Positions 1 through 9,056 of a stretch of 25,937 nt of DNA are shown piece by piece. The stretch spans positions 1 through 25,937 of the forward strand of contig JAAFKI010000145.1 of NCBI GenBank assembly GCA_021399345.1, read 5' to 3'. The stretch's first letter is position 1; the number at the start of each line of letters is the position of its first letter. The stretch comes from Candidatus Heimdallarchaeota archaeon. GTDB lineage: Archaea > Asgardarchaeota > Heimdallarchaeia > Heimdallarchaeales > Heimdallarchaeaceae. The position numbers and the translations under genes are program-made. The notes under the pieces were generated by a model. It searched no databases, was not told where the DNA came from, and was given only the letters and a program-made list of their open reading frames with translations.

Positions 1-114
1 CGTCATCACCTTTTTCCCCTGAATTCCCTATAAAAGCTCCCGTAATATTTGATTCTTAAGTGTCTTTCAAAGTGATTCATAGTGCTCTTAATATGACTAC
101 ATGACAAAAACTAT

Positions 115-309
115 TCATAATTTATAGACAATAAAAATATCCTTTTCAAGATCAACTCCATGATATGAAATAGGCATAACGCTATTTGCTCTTTTTGTAA
201 CCCCTTCAGACACCCTTACTAGCCATCCTTTGTGGACTACAGTATCCCTAGCTAACCAAGCTCTATGTGCCAATTCCTGAAAGAGAAGAACATCTTTTTT
301 CATCTTCAA
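115..309 (-). pseudogene. Truncated GNAT-family acetyltransferase (N-terminal fragment only)
   Basis: ELAHRAW...GWLVRVSEGVTKRANSVMP matches the N-terminus of a ~250-aa GNAT family (E.LA..AWP...GWLLR...G.TxRANSV). The ORF stops at 64 aa (TGA 115-117). Reading through hits TAG within 6 codons, and no acetyl-CoA motif is seen in 1-114. Confidence 0.6.
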
Positions 310-388
310 TATCTACTCATCTGATATTTTCTATTTATTGTTTTCCACTAAAGAAATTTACTTAAAGGATATAACCACTTATTATAAT

Positions 389-1792
389 ATGCGAAGCCTT
401 CAACTATCATTAGTCACATCTTCTGGTATATTATTGGCTTCAAAACCTGAGATTCTTACAGAAATGCAACACATCTTAGCTTCAAGTCTTATTAGTGCAA
501 TCATAACATTCGCAAAAGAAGTTCATAGACAAGAACTTCAATCAATTTCATATCACGATAAAAATATCTCATTTGTTCAAATCTATGAATTCATAATAAT
601 TATTGAAACTAAGGTAGAAGAAACACTTTTTTCTGATAGGCAACTTGCTCAGATTATTGAACAAATACGTATTAGTGCTGAACCATTGCTCTCAAAAAGA
701 GATCCTGATCTCCTTTCTGAAGGAGAAGCAGCTTTAATTTTAGAACATACACTCCATGATATATCCAATCTACCACTTTTCTTTGCGAAGAATCCTTTGA
801 TAAGTTCTGAACCACTTTTATTTAGTTTGGTCAAATTTGATGAAACTGACATAGAAATTATCGAAACTGTAGGCAAGAAGGAAGATGCGAATGAGATACT
901 TGATATGCTAACAAAATATAACCTGAATGCAGAATTCGAAGGAGAATTATCAGGGATTCTTTTATTAACTCCTGAAAAGAAAAACTCAGCTCTAGTAATT
1001 GTTGACGCGCAAGGACCACAAACAGTTCTAGGGATTCTAATATTTCCACGAGAATTAGACTACATAGCTTTCAGAATTTTTCCTCTAATCCAAGATAAAT
1101 TGAAGATAATTTCAGAACAAGATAATCAACTAGAAATGCTTGAAATCTTAGATCTTATTCAAAATATTGAAGATCCAGGAAATCATTTTTCTACAGTCGA
1201 TATAGAAGATCTTTCACTATCTTTTCTGAAAAATGCAATAGGGAATAAACTTGATACAATTCTTTATCCTGTTATCACTGAAGAAAATGTAATAATAGTT
1301 GGTGATAAATTAACTTCTAGAATGGTGATTGACACCCTTTCAATTTTTAATCAACATATAACTTTAGATATAATACAATGGGTGGACGAAAAAATAGATG
1401 TAAATGAAGTTAATCTGGACAAGGGTATATTTGGTATGCCATTGAATCAATTTAAGAAATTAAGCTCTACAGGAAAAATACCCGATAAGACAACAATAGT
1501 TAATCTAATTGATGGTGAAATTAAAGGAAATAAAGAAGGTACTCACTTTATTACTCTATTGGACAAACTAAAAGATCAAGATTTGGACAAGGCTTCTGTT
1601 GTTATTTTCAATGAATTGCGAAAATTAGTTTCTATGGCTTATATCATTACATCGTTTTCTCTTTATGATAAAGAACAATCTGAAATGCTCTTTAGAAATC
1701 TATTTCAACACTCAGGATTCCCTGCAAGTTTTGTAAACAAAGCTACAGAATTAGCATTGAAAAGAAATCCATTATTGACCAAGATAGTTTAG
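389..1792 (+). CDS. Longin/roadblock-like + DENN-like domain protein (Asgard eukaryotic-signature type)
   Basis: Long ORF; ATG 389 is preferred over TTG 338. The N-terminus SGILLAS...SSLISAIITFAKEV...LQSISY is an Asgard longin/roadblock pattern. The middle LFSLVKFDE resembles the uDENN first strand. The C-terminal LDTILYPVITEENVIIVG...LSIF...GIFGM...TIVNL resembles the cDENN core, followed by a helical tail. Confidence 0.6.
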   Translation: MRSLQLSLVTSSGILLASKPEILTEMQHILASSLISAIITFAKEVHRQELQSISYHDKNISFVQIYEFIIIIETKVEETLFSDRQLAQIIEQIRISAEPLLSKRDPDLLSEGEAALILEHTLHDISNLPLFFAKNPLISSEPLLFSLVKFDETDIEIIETVGKKEDANEILDMLTKYNLNAEFEGELSGILLLTPEKKNSALVIVDAQGPQTVLGILIFPRELDYIAFRIFPLIQDKLKIISEQDNQLEMLEILDLIQNIEDPGNHFSTVDIEDLSLSFLKNAIGNKLDTILYPVITEENVIIVGDKLTSRMVIDTLSIFNQHITLDIIQWVDEKIDVNEVNLDKGIFGMPLNQFKKLSSTGKIPDKTTIVNLIDGEIKGNKEGTHFITLLDKLKDQDLDKASVVIFNELRKLVSMAYIITSFSLYDKEQSEMLFRNLFQHSGFPASFVNKATELALKRNPLLTKIV

Positions 1793-1880
1793 CCTTTATT
1801 CTAAAATAAAGATATATAAATATGTTAAAGCAAATACTCAACGGGAGCTATTCCACAATTTGTTGAAGTTGAAGATCTAA

Positions 1881-2684
1881 ATGAGTGTTAAGTCTGAAGT
1901 AATGGTTAAAGTAGACAATTTAGTAAAAAGTTTTGGAAATGTTGTAGCAGTAAACGGACTATCTTTTGAAGTAAAACCAGGAGAGATATTCGGCCTACTA
2001 GGTCCTAACGGAGCCGGAAAGACCACTACAGTAAAAATCCTTCTCGGATTAATAGAGGAAGACAGTGGTGAAATAGAAGTTTTTGGTCTTGATCCTAGTA
2101 AAGAGGAAGTTAAGGTAAAAGATCGTATTGGGTATGTTTCAGAAGATCCATTGATCTATAGATCGATGACTCCTAGGATGCTTTTTAATTTCATATCTTC
2201 TATAAGAAAACTAGACGAAAAAGAAACAACAGAGAAACTCAAGTATTATTTTGAAAGTTTCGAAGCTGTTGAATATTATGATAAGCTGATTGCAACTCTC
2301 TCAAGAGGAAATAAACAAAAAATGCAAGTTATAGCCTCTCTACTACATGAACCTGATTTATTGATCGCGGATGAACCACTCACTGGTTTAGATGCTAAAT
2401 CAGCTAAAGTCCTTAAAGAAATCCTTGAACTTCACACAGAACGTGGTGGTTCAGTTATTCTATCAACTCATATTCTAGAAGTTGCAGAGGAAGTTTGTGA
2501 TAGGATTGCTATCATGGATAAGGGTAAACTTGTAGCTATTGGAACTTTGGAAGAACTTTCAGTAATGGCTAATAAAGCAGGTGCTGATTTAGAGGATATC
2601 TTCCTCAAACTAACAAACCAAGATGAATCTATTACACACATCGTTAAGAATCTACGGAAAATGTTAGGAAACAATAAAAAATAA
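1881..2684 (+). CDS. ABC transporter ATP-binding protein (ABC-2/CcmA-like exporter)
   Basis: Walker A GPNGAGKTT, signature LSRGNKQK, Walker B LLIADEP, H-loop STH. Confidence 0.96.
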   Translation: MSVKSEVMVKVDNLVKSFGNVVAVNGLSFEVKPGEIFGLLGPNGAGKTTTVKILLGLIEEDSGEIEVFGLDPSKEEVKVKDRIGYVSEDPLIYRSMTPRMLFNFISSIRKLDEKETTEKLKYYFESFEAVEYYDKLIATLSRGNKQKMQVIASLLHEPDLLIADEPLTGLDAKSAKVLKEILELHTERGGSVILSTHILEVAEEVCDRIAIMDKGKLVAIGTLEELSVMANKAGADLEDIFLKLTNQDESITHIVKNLRKMLGNNKK

Positions 2685-2695
2685 GATGATTATAG

Positions 2696-4435
2696 ATGAA
2701 AAATTCCGAACTATACAAGGTTTCCAAAAGGGTCTATAAAGAAGCTATTCTTCATGCTCAATTACAAGCAGCAGGAAGTAACCAACAAAGATTCCTCGAA
2801 AGAATACAAAAAGATCGTGTGGCAAGATCTCAAAATATCATCTTCAAGTTTATGGCAGCTGTATACATTGCTTCATTAGTTTTCCTACCCGTAATTTCAA
2901 TCTTCCAGATTTACTTAAATTTCGGATCAAATCCTGAATGGATAACTTTTGCTGGAAGTCTATCCTTTTCAATATTTTTCATTTTTCAGCTTGTTATTCT
3001 GATTGTATTCGCCTTAATGTTATCCTGGGGAATAATGTCTGGAGGTCCTTATGAATGGGTTCATACATTACCTTTCAATAGAAACCATATTCAAAAAATA
3101 GGTCTCTTTACATTTGCTCGTAGTATTAATATACAGTTAATAGTTATGAGTCTCGTCTTACCCATTGGCGTTACCACAGCTGTAAGTTTAGCTGCTGGTT
3201 TATATCTTGGAATAGGAAAGATATTTTTGATTAGTATAGTTAGTATTATTATCTCAGTTCTGAATACTATCTTCAATTTAGCTGTTTTAGTAATTTTAGG
3301 TAGAAAATTAGCTATAGTTATGGAAGAATACGATTTCAACTCAAAACGAGCTAATTTCGTTCGTATATCTACCATGGTAATTTATCTGATAACTTCCATG
3401 TTAGTTGTAATTACAATCCAATATGGTATAGAAAAGCTTCCTATCCTCTTTCAAATTAGTCCATTAACTGCTGGATCTACCTCGATAATGAATATTGTTC
3501 TATCATTCATTGCCATTCCATTTTCTTTAGGCTATCTGATGACCATCTTCTTAGTGGACATCTCTATGATTCCTAGTTTAGTGATTGTTGGATCAGTTAC
3601 TGGATTTTTACTGTATATACTGCTGGTTTATTTAGTAACAAAGAAAGCCTTGAAAACTCTACGAAATATCTCTTCACCTGACATCAAAAGATTTGATCCG
3701 AAGAGAAAGAAAACTGTAGTTGATGATATTAAAATTAAATCTACTACTCCAACGAGAGCATATATGAAAAGAGATATTTCTATTATAACCAGAGAAACAC
3801 AGCAGATTATGATTCTAATAATGCCAATAATGATTCCAGTATATGCAGCAATACTGGGCTTTACGGGAGCATTTACAGTAGTTCTTGGCAATACAGGATT
3901 GACTGATTTGTACATAGTACTTATGTTTTTTATTGTGATGAATTCATTCATTCTGAGTGTAAGTTTGACTAACATAGAAACTGGTGGAGAAACGATTACT
4001 GCTTCACTTCCAATTAATCCTAGAGAACAAGTAAAAGCAAAATTACCCTATTTCTTCAGCATAATAATAGTTGCTATACTTGTAGCCCAGATCTTTCTTG
4101 TTAGTTCACCAATTTTCTATCCCTCATTGTATCTAACTTTAGCTTTCCTTCCTGTATTTCCTCTGATTGGTATATCTTCACTTCTGTTTAAAATACTACT
4201 TTTTGGAAAGCTCAAAAACAAATTTGCAGTTGAAGAAATAAGAGTAAAATATAAAATTTACAAGTATATACTAGGGTTTGTATTTGTTGCATGTTTAATG
4301 GCTCTTTTCCTCTATACAGCTTATGTTGGTTATTGGGCGATATTTACAGCTGAAGCAATTGTTTCTGTAATTGTTTTCTTCTCTTTCAACTATATGTTTC
4401 CCAAGGCAAAATGGAAGGTTAAGTATATCTTCTAA
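2696..4435 (+). CDS. ABC exporter permease (multi-pass membrane protein)
   Basis: 579 aa with more than 12 hydrophobic segments, two 'LP' repeats (HTLPF, ASLPI) and KRDISIITRE, typical of archaeal ABC-2 permeases. Starts 11 nt after the ATPase. Confidence 0.85.
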   Translation: MKNSELYKVSKRVYKEAILHAQLQAAGSNQQRFLERIQKDRVARSQNIIFKFMAAVYIASLVFLPVISIFQIYLNFGSNPEWITFAGSLSFSIFFIFQLVILIVFALMLSWGIMSGGPYEWVHTLPFNRNHIQKIGLFTFARSINIQLIVMSLVLPIGVTTAVSLAAGLYLGIGKIFLISIVSIIISVLNTIFNLAVLVILGRKLAIVMEEYDFNSKRANFVRISTMVIYLITSMLVVITIQYGIEKLPILFQISPLTAGSTSIMNIVLSFIAIPFSLGYLMTIFLVDISMIPSLVIVGSVTGFLLYILLVYLVTKKALKTLRNISSPDIKRFDPKRKKTVVDDIKIKSTTPTRAYMKRDISIITRETQQIMILIMPIMIPVYAAILGFTGAFTVVLGNTGLTDLYIVLMFFIVMNSFILSVSLTNIETGGETITASLPINPREQVKAKLPYFFSIIIVAILVAQIFLVSSPIFYPSLYLTLAFLPVFPLIGISSLLFKILLFGKLKNKFAVEEIRVKYKIYKYILGFVFVACLMALFLYTAYVGYWAIFTAEAIVSVIVFFSFNYMFPKAKWKVKYIF

Positions 4436-4544
4436 TTTCTTATTTATCAAATCTTGTAAATTCAATTGTAGTTTTTTTATAATCATTTCAAGGTAAATAT
4501 TATATACCAGTAGATTAGTCTCTGAAACCTACAGAGGACACATA

Positions 4545-5540
4545 ATGAAGATTCTATTGACTGGTCCATTTGGCAATGTAGGAGAGAGTACACTTAGCGA
4601 ACTATTACGAAGAGGATATGAAGTTCGGTGCTTTGATAAGAAAAATAGAAAGACAAAGAAAGTTCAGAAAATCCTGTCCAAACTGGGAGCTTTTGAAACA
4701 ATTTGGGGTGATATTCGAAATAAAGAAGACGTAGAGAAGATAGTTCAAGATGTAGATTTTGTTATACATTTATGTGCTGTGATACCACCAGAAGCAGATG
4801 AGGTTCCAGAATATGCTACGCAAGTAAATGCTGGAGGTATGCAAAATCTTGTTGATGCTCTTGAAAAACTGGAAAAGAAACCAAAAATACTTTTTACAAG
4901 TTCCTTAGCTATTTATGGCTCAAAGATGGCTTTACCTCCACCAAGATATGTAACAGATGAGATTAAACCTCTTGAACATGATCTTTATGCTTTTCAGAAA
5001 TGGGATATGGAAAAAATACTTCAGGCTAGTTCTCTAAATTGGATGATTCTTCGATTAACAGCTGTTCCTTCATTAAGACAACCCATGAAAATTCCTGCTC
5101 TCATGTTTGAAGTACCTTTTGACCAAAGAATCGAATTTATTCATACTTGGGATGTTGCTCTAGCATGCGTTAATTCAATTGATAACTTTGTAAAACACAA
5201 AATAATGAATCTTGCTGGAGGAGAAAAGTGTCAGATGACAGCGGGAGAGTATATAACCAGACAACTGAAAGCTTTTGGTGTAGGTCCTATTCCTAGAGAA
5301 TGTTTTTACGAACCTAAGACTAACGATGACTGGTTTCATACTGATTGGCTTTTTACAGAAGACTCTCAAGAGCTACTTCAATATCAAAGATATACTCTAG
5401 AAGACTATGCGAAAGAGTTTGAGAGTAGAATAAAACTTCGAAGATTTCTAGTTAGTTTAGTTAATCCATTAGCACAGCTGTTTCTTATCTTACGCTCTCC
5501 GTATTATAGACAAAACAAAAAGTCTGCAAGAAATAAATAA
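4545..5540 (+). CDS. Extended SDR: NAD(P)-dependent epimerase/dehydratase, 3-beta-HSD-like superfamily
   Basis: TGPFGNVG Rossmann motif, GDIR, VIHLCA, FTSS, catalytic YxxxK (YAFQK), FIHTWDVA; amphipathic C-terminal helix. Confidence 0.88.
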   Translation: MKILLTGPFGNVGESTLSELLRRGYEVRCFDKKNRKTKKVQKILSKLGAFETIWGDIRNKEDVEKIVQDVDFVIHLCAVIPPEADEVPEYATQVNAGGMQNLVDALEKLEKKPKILFTSSLAIYGSKMALPPPRYVTDEIKPLEHDLYAFQKWDMEKILQASSLNWMILRLTAVPSLRQPMKIPALMFEVPFDQRIEFIHTWDVALACVNSIDNFVKHKIMNLAGGEKCQMTAGEYITRQLKAFGVGPIPRECFYEPKTNDDWFHTDWLFTEDSQELLQYQRYTLEDYAKEFESRIKLRRFLVSLVNPLAQLFLILRSPYYRQNKKSARNK

Positions 5541-5547
5541 TTTTCTT

Positions 5548-6150
5548 CTAAAAAATCATGTACTTGGGTTTGAACATTCCTACCATTACTAGCCACATTT
5601 TCTTGAATATATTACTGGGGAAAATTGAATCAAATATTTCTTGAAATGTTCCATTTGGGGCCCCTATTGTTATTCTAAATGCACAAGCTTTATCATAAGT
5701 GCATTCCACACAATTCTTTCTAAACCTCTCACCCTCATCCAATAACCCTTCTTCTGCTATTATGTCTTGGAAATTTGCAAAAGGGTCTATATTTCCTGAG
5801 AAATTATCAAGTAAATGCCCATAATGTTTTGTAAACAAATCAGCAAATAATCTTAATCTGTTTTTATAAGCATCTAGATTTTCTTCTGGATCTGTGTACA
5901 TAATTACAGTTATTTTTTCTGTTGGAAAAGTCAAAGTTTTTGCTTGGTCCATTTTAAATTCATGAAACTGGTTTGGATTTGCTTGATCGAAGAGCAACAT
6001 GGCGTTTAATAGAGCAGAATTAAGCATAGTTTCATCAGTAAATGTATTATCTTTTGCTAAATCAATGCAATGCATGCCAATATGACACATTAAAGAACGA
6101 CCAAAGAGAGGTAAACCACTTGAATGTGTAATGATTATATTCTGTATCAT
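5548..6150 (-). CDS. Longin-like domain protein with cysteine clusters
   Basis: ATG 6150 is preferred over GTG 6171. MIQNIIITHSSGLPLFGRS...SALLNAM...F...FTKHY...FSGNIDPFANF is the Asgard longin/sigma-adaptin-like pattern. It also carries CHIGMHC and CVECTYDKAC. Confidence 0.6.
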   Translation of the reverse strand: MIQNIIITHSSGLPLFGRSLMCHIGMHCIDLAKDNTFTDETMLNSALLNAMLLFDQANPNQFHEFKMDQAKTLTFPTEKITVIMYTDPEENLDAYKNRLRLFADLFTKHYGHLLDNFSGNIDPFANFQDIIAEEGLLDEGERFRKNCVECTYDKACAFRITIGAPNGTFQEIFDSIFPSNIFKKMWLVMVGMFKPKYMIF

Positions 6151-6204
6151 TAAGCAACCTTGATTTAACACTATATTTCTTTTTTGCTGTTTGTAAGGAG
6201 TTTG

Positions 6205-7587
6205 TTATCTCATTTCTTTCATTTCTACTACTCTCTTCTCCAATCTAGCAATATCAGCTGCAAAAGCCATTAAGTGAGATTCTAATGATACTCTAGCACT
6301 AGTTAGAACATCTTGTTTAGTCTTAGATTGTACATTTTTCAGGAAGGTTTCCATTATTACTACATCCCCTCCACCATGACCACTTAATCTACCAGTTTTT
6401 CTAACTATAGTCTTCTTATTTGTCAAGTGATTATAAAGGACAAGATTATCTCCTGAAGCAAGAAATTCCCCAATTATTGTTCCTCTTGTTCCATCAACTC
6501 TTATAGTTCTCCCTTCTTCATTTGAAAAACCATGTAATGTAAAAATAGCAGTTGTCTGGTCTTCAAATTCAATATTGATAACTTGGTGATCAACAACATT
6601 ATGTTCATCCATACTATAGACACATCGACCATAGTTGGTCTCATTTAGAGCTTTTATTTTACCTTCTCTTGACATATCTGAAGATATAGTGCTTACTGGC
6701 CATTCCGAATAGTCTTTAACTTTTCTAAAAAGAGGTAGGTTAGTTAATTTAGGAAACTTTAGTACAGATTTTACAATGAATTTCTCTAAACCTTTAGAGC
6801 TTTTTGCTCCAATCTGCAATAAAGGTATTATATCAAGATAGATCCGGGATGCATTGTATAAACAAGATTTTTCAATAGGACACCCTTGAATACAGTAATC
6901 TGGTGCTCCATCAGGCATATTATCTCTTCCAAAATATTTCTGAGAGCCAAAAGAGCTTAACCTTTGAACTCTTTGCCCTACCAACCAGAATAAGATATCC
7001 ATATCATGACAAGATTTTGCTAGAATCATGGGACTTGATTTTTCTCTATTATGCCAATGTCCTCTAACATAAGAATGAGCATAATGAAAGGGAGAAACAT
7101 TTTCACGTAAGGATATATTCACAACATCTCCTATCTTACCAGATTCGATTATTGATTTTATGGCAGAGAAAAATGGTCCAAAACGTAAGCCATGACAAAT
7201 TTGCAAAATCTTACCAGTACTTTCTGAAACATCAGCAAGAGACTTACATTCCTTAAGAGTAGTTGCCATAGGTTTCTCAAGAAGAACATCATAACCTAGA
7301 TTCATTGCTTTAATTGCAGGCTCATAATGCATTTGATCTTGTGTCATTATTAGTGCAACATCAGCAAATTTTTCTTTTTCAAGTAAGGGTTCCCAGCTTT
7401 CAAAACTGTTTTCTTCAGAAATCTCATGCTTTCTAACAAATTTATCTCTTCGAGCTTTTTGAGGTTCAGCAACTGCAATAATATTGATAGATTCTGGATT
7501 ATTAAGTGCATATTCTCCAAAAGTATCTGCACCTCTCTCCCCTGCTCCAATTAAGATGGCTGTTATTTGCTTGATCATAATGTTCAT
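6205..7587 (-). CDS. Gfo/Idh/MocA family oxidoreductase
   Basis: IGAGERG, VAEP, LLEKPMA, HSYVRGHW, LAKSCHDMD, GHGGGD, SHLMAFAAD. The start may be ATG 7578. Confidence 0.93.
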   Translation of the reverse strand: MNIMIKQITAILIGAGERGADTFGEYALNNPESINIIAVAEPQKARRDKFVRKHEISEENSFESWEPLLEKEKFADVALIMTQDQMHYEPAIKAMNLGYDVLLEKPMATTLKECKSLADVSESTGKILQICHGLRFGPFFSAIKSIIESGKIGDVVNISLRENVSPFHYAHSYVRGHWHNREKSSPMILAKSCHDMDILFWLVGQRVQRLSSFGSQKYFGRDNMPDGAPDYCIQGCPIEKSCLYNASRIYLDIIPLLQIGAKSSKGLEKFIVKSVLKFPKLTNLPLFRKVKDYSEWPVSTISSDMSREGKIKALNETNYGRCVYSMDEHNVVDHQVINIEFEDQTTAIFTLHGFSNEEGRTIRVDGTRGTIIGEFLASGDNLVLYNHLTNKKTIVRKTGRLSGHGGGDVVIMETFLKNVQSKTKQDVLTSARVSLESHLMAFAADIARLEKRVVEMKEMR

Positions 7588-7733
7588 CTATTCTTTTTTT
7601 ATGTTTTTTTGATTTTTTCCCTCTCTCTACTCTTTAACCTTGTTCAACCATATTACATTTTTCCAAAGAAGACTGAGTCATCTACGAAACACTAAAATGA
7701 AATAGAAGAATAGATTATTATTCTTTTTGGATT

Positions 7734-8870
7734 CTAAATATTTACTATTTCTTCAGAGAACACAACATTTCTTTTCGCAAGATAATCTATAACACTGCGA
7801 TAAACTTCAGTATTTTTTCCTAAATATTCTGGAGGAATGATTCCTTTTTGGTTGAATTTTCCTTCTAACAAGACTTTAGCTACAGCTGTGCAAGTATATC
7901 CTGTTGTTCGCGCCATTGATATGATTCTCTTCTCTCTATCGTACCTATCAAGCATATCATAGGTATAACGTAGTTTCTTGTCATCTTTCATTCCTTCAAT
8001 AACTATCTTCATAACAGTAAAATCTTCATCTCCTTCTTCTAACACCCATTGATCAAATAGAAGTTTAGATGTTAACTCAATTGGTTTGATTTTTTTTCCT
8101 TTTACATCAATTTCCTCTGTATTGAAGAATCCTGTTTCTCTTAGCATTCTCACCTTTTCTATATGACCAGGATATCTTAGTGTTTTTTCTTTCATGAAAG
8201 GAATATCCATTGTCTTGATGAGAGATCTAAGACCATCGGTATTGAAAGCTTCTAGAGTTCCTATTTCTGGAAAATATAATAATTCAGGTTCAGATAATGC
8301 TGGTTTAACAACTATCTCACTATTCTCAATATATCTGGCTAATCTGAGGTATTCCTCGATTACATCAGTGGGTGAAAAAGGTGCTTTATATTCAAAAGGC
8401 CAGTTCCTTTCTACAGGTAATCCCCCAACATAACATAGGAAAATTTCTGTTTTATCTAGGATTGAATCAATATAACCAAGTATGATGTTACTTGAACCAG
8501 GAGCTACTCCACAGTCAACAACAGCTGTAACTCCTTTCTCCTTTGCTAATTCATCTAAGCTTAACGCATCTTCCTCGAAAAATGAGATATCTACTATATT
8601 CTTTCCTGCTTCTATCACTGCTTTGAGGGACCCATAACCTATGAAACCAGGAAGAGCTCCAATTACTAAATCAAAATCCTTCACAATATCTTTGATGATA
8701 TTGGGATTGGATAAATCTGCACATATTCCATGAAGATCATAATCATGTGTCAGTTTATCTAAAACTTCTTGGTTAATATCAACTATTGAAACCTCAATAG
8801 AGGGATCTTCTGCTAGATCTCTGGCAATAACATTTCCTACAAATCCTGCACCTAAAACTATGACTTTCAA
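7734..8870 (-). CDS. Saccharopine dehydrogenase family protein (lysine 6-dehydrogenase-like)
   Basis: VLGAGFVG, GALPGFIG, VDISF, DCGVAPG, YVGGLP, EAFNTDGLRSL, EKTLRYPGH, SMARTTGY; TTG start. Confidence 0.92.
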   Translation of the reverse strand: MKVIVLGAGFVGNVIARDLAEDPSIEVSIVDINQEVLDKLTHDYDLHGICADLSNPNIIKDIVKDFDLVIGALPGFIGYGSLKAVIEAGKNIVDISFFEEDALSLDELAKEKGVTAVVDCGVAPGSSNIILGYIDSILDKTEIFLCYVGGLPVERNWPFEYKAPFSPTDVIEEYLRLARYIENSEIVVKPALSEPELLYFPEIGTLEAFNTDGLRSLIKTMDIPFMKEKTLRYPGHIEKVRMLRETGFFNTEEIDVKGKKIKPIELTSKLLFDQWVLEEGDEDFTVMKIVIEGMKDDKKLRYTYDMLDRYDREKRIISMARTTGYTCTAVAKVLLEGKFNQKGIIPPEYLGKNTEVYRSVIDYLAKRNVVFSEEIVNI

Positions 8871-8939
8871 CTTTTAATCACAAGAGCATAAGAACTACCT
8901 TATAATTAAAACTTTTCAAAAACAAGTAAACAAGTGCTG

Positions 8940-9047
8940 TCATCAAGTGCTTCAAAAGATGTATTAGTATAACTTGGATTCCCCCGTAACTTCGGCTGAC
9001 AGAAATATTATAAGTGTTCAAACATATAGTATTGAAACACTTGATGA
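8940..9047. promoter_or_regulatory. Inverted 16-bp repeats plus a third partial copy in a divergent intergenic region
   Basis: TCATCAAGTGCTTCAA (8940-8955) and TTGAAACACTTGATGA (9032-9047) are reverse complements at 15/16 positions. AAGTGTTCAA occurs at 9012-9021. Confidence 0.5.
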
Positions 9048-9056
9048 GCTGAAAAT

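Noticed and set aside
9-80. 24-codon minus-strand ORF (MNHFERHLRIKYYGSFYREFRGKR)
   Set aside because: Too short, with no motif, and it does not continue the GNAT fragment.
115-117. Selenocysteine read-through of the TGA ending the GNAT fragment
   Set aside because: An in-frame TAG follows within 6 codons, the position is not a Cys-equivalent site, and no SECIS-like hairpin is seen.
1881-4435. ABC pair as the cognate importer for the two SBPs
   Set aside because: The ATPase lacks the OppD/F C-terminal Cys-rich extension, and the permease lacks an EAA motif. It is exporter-type.
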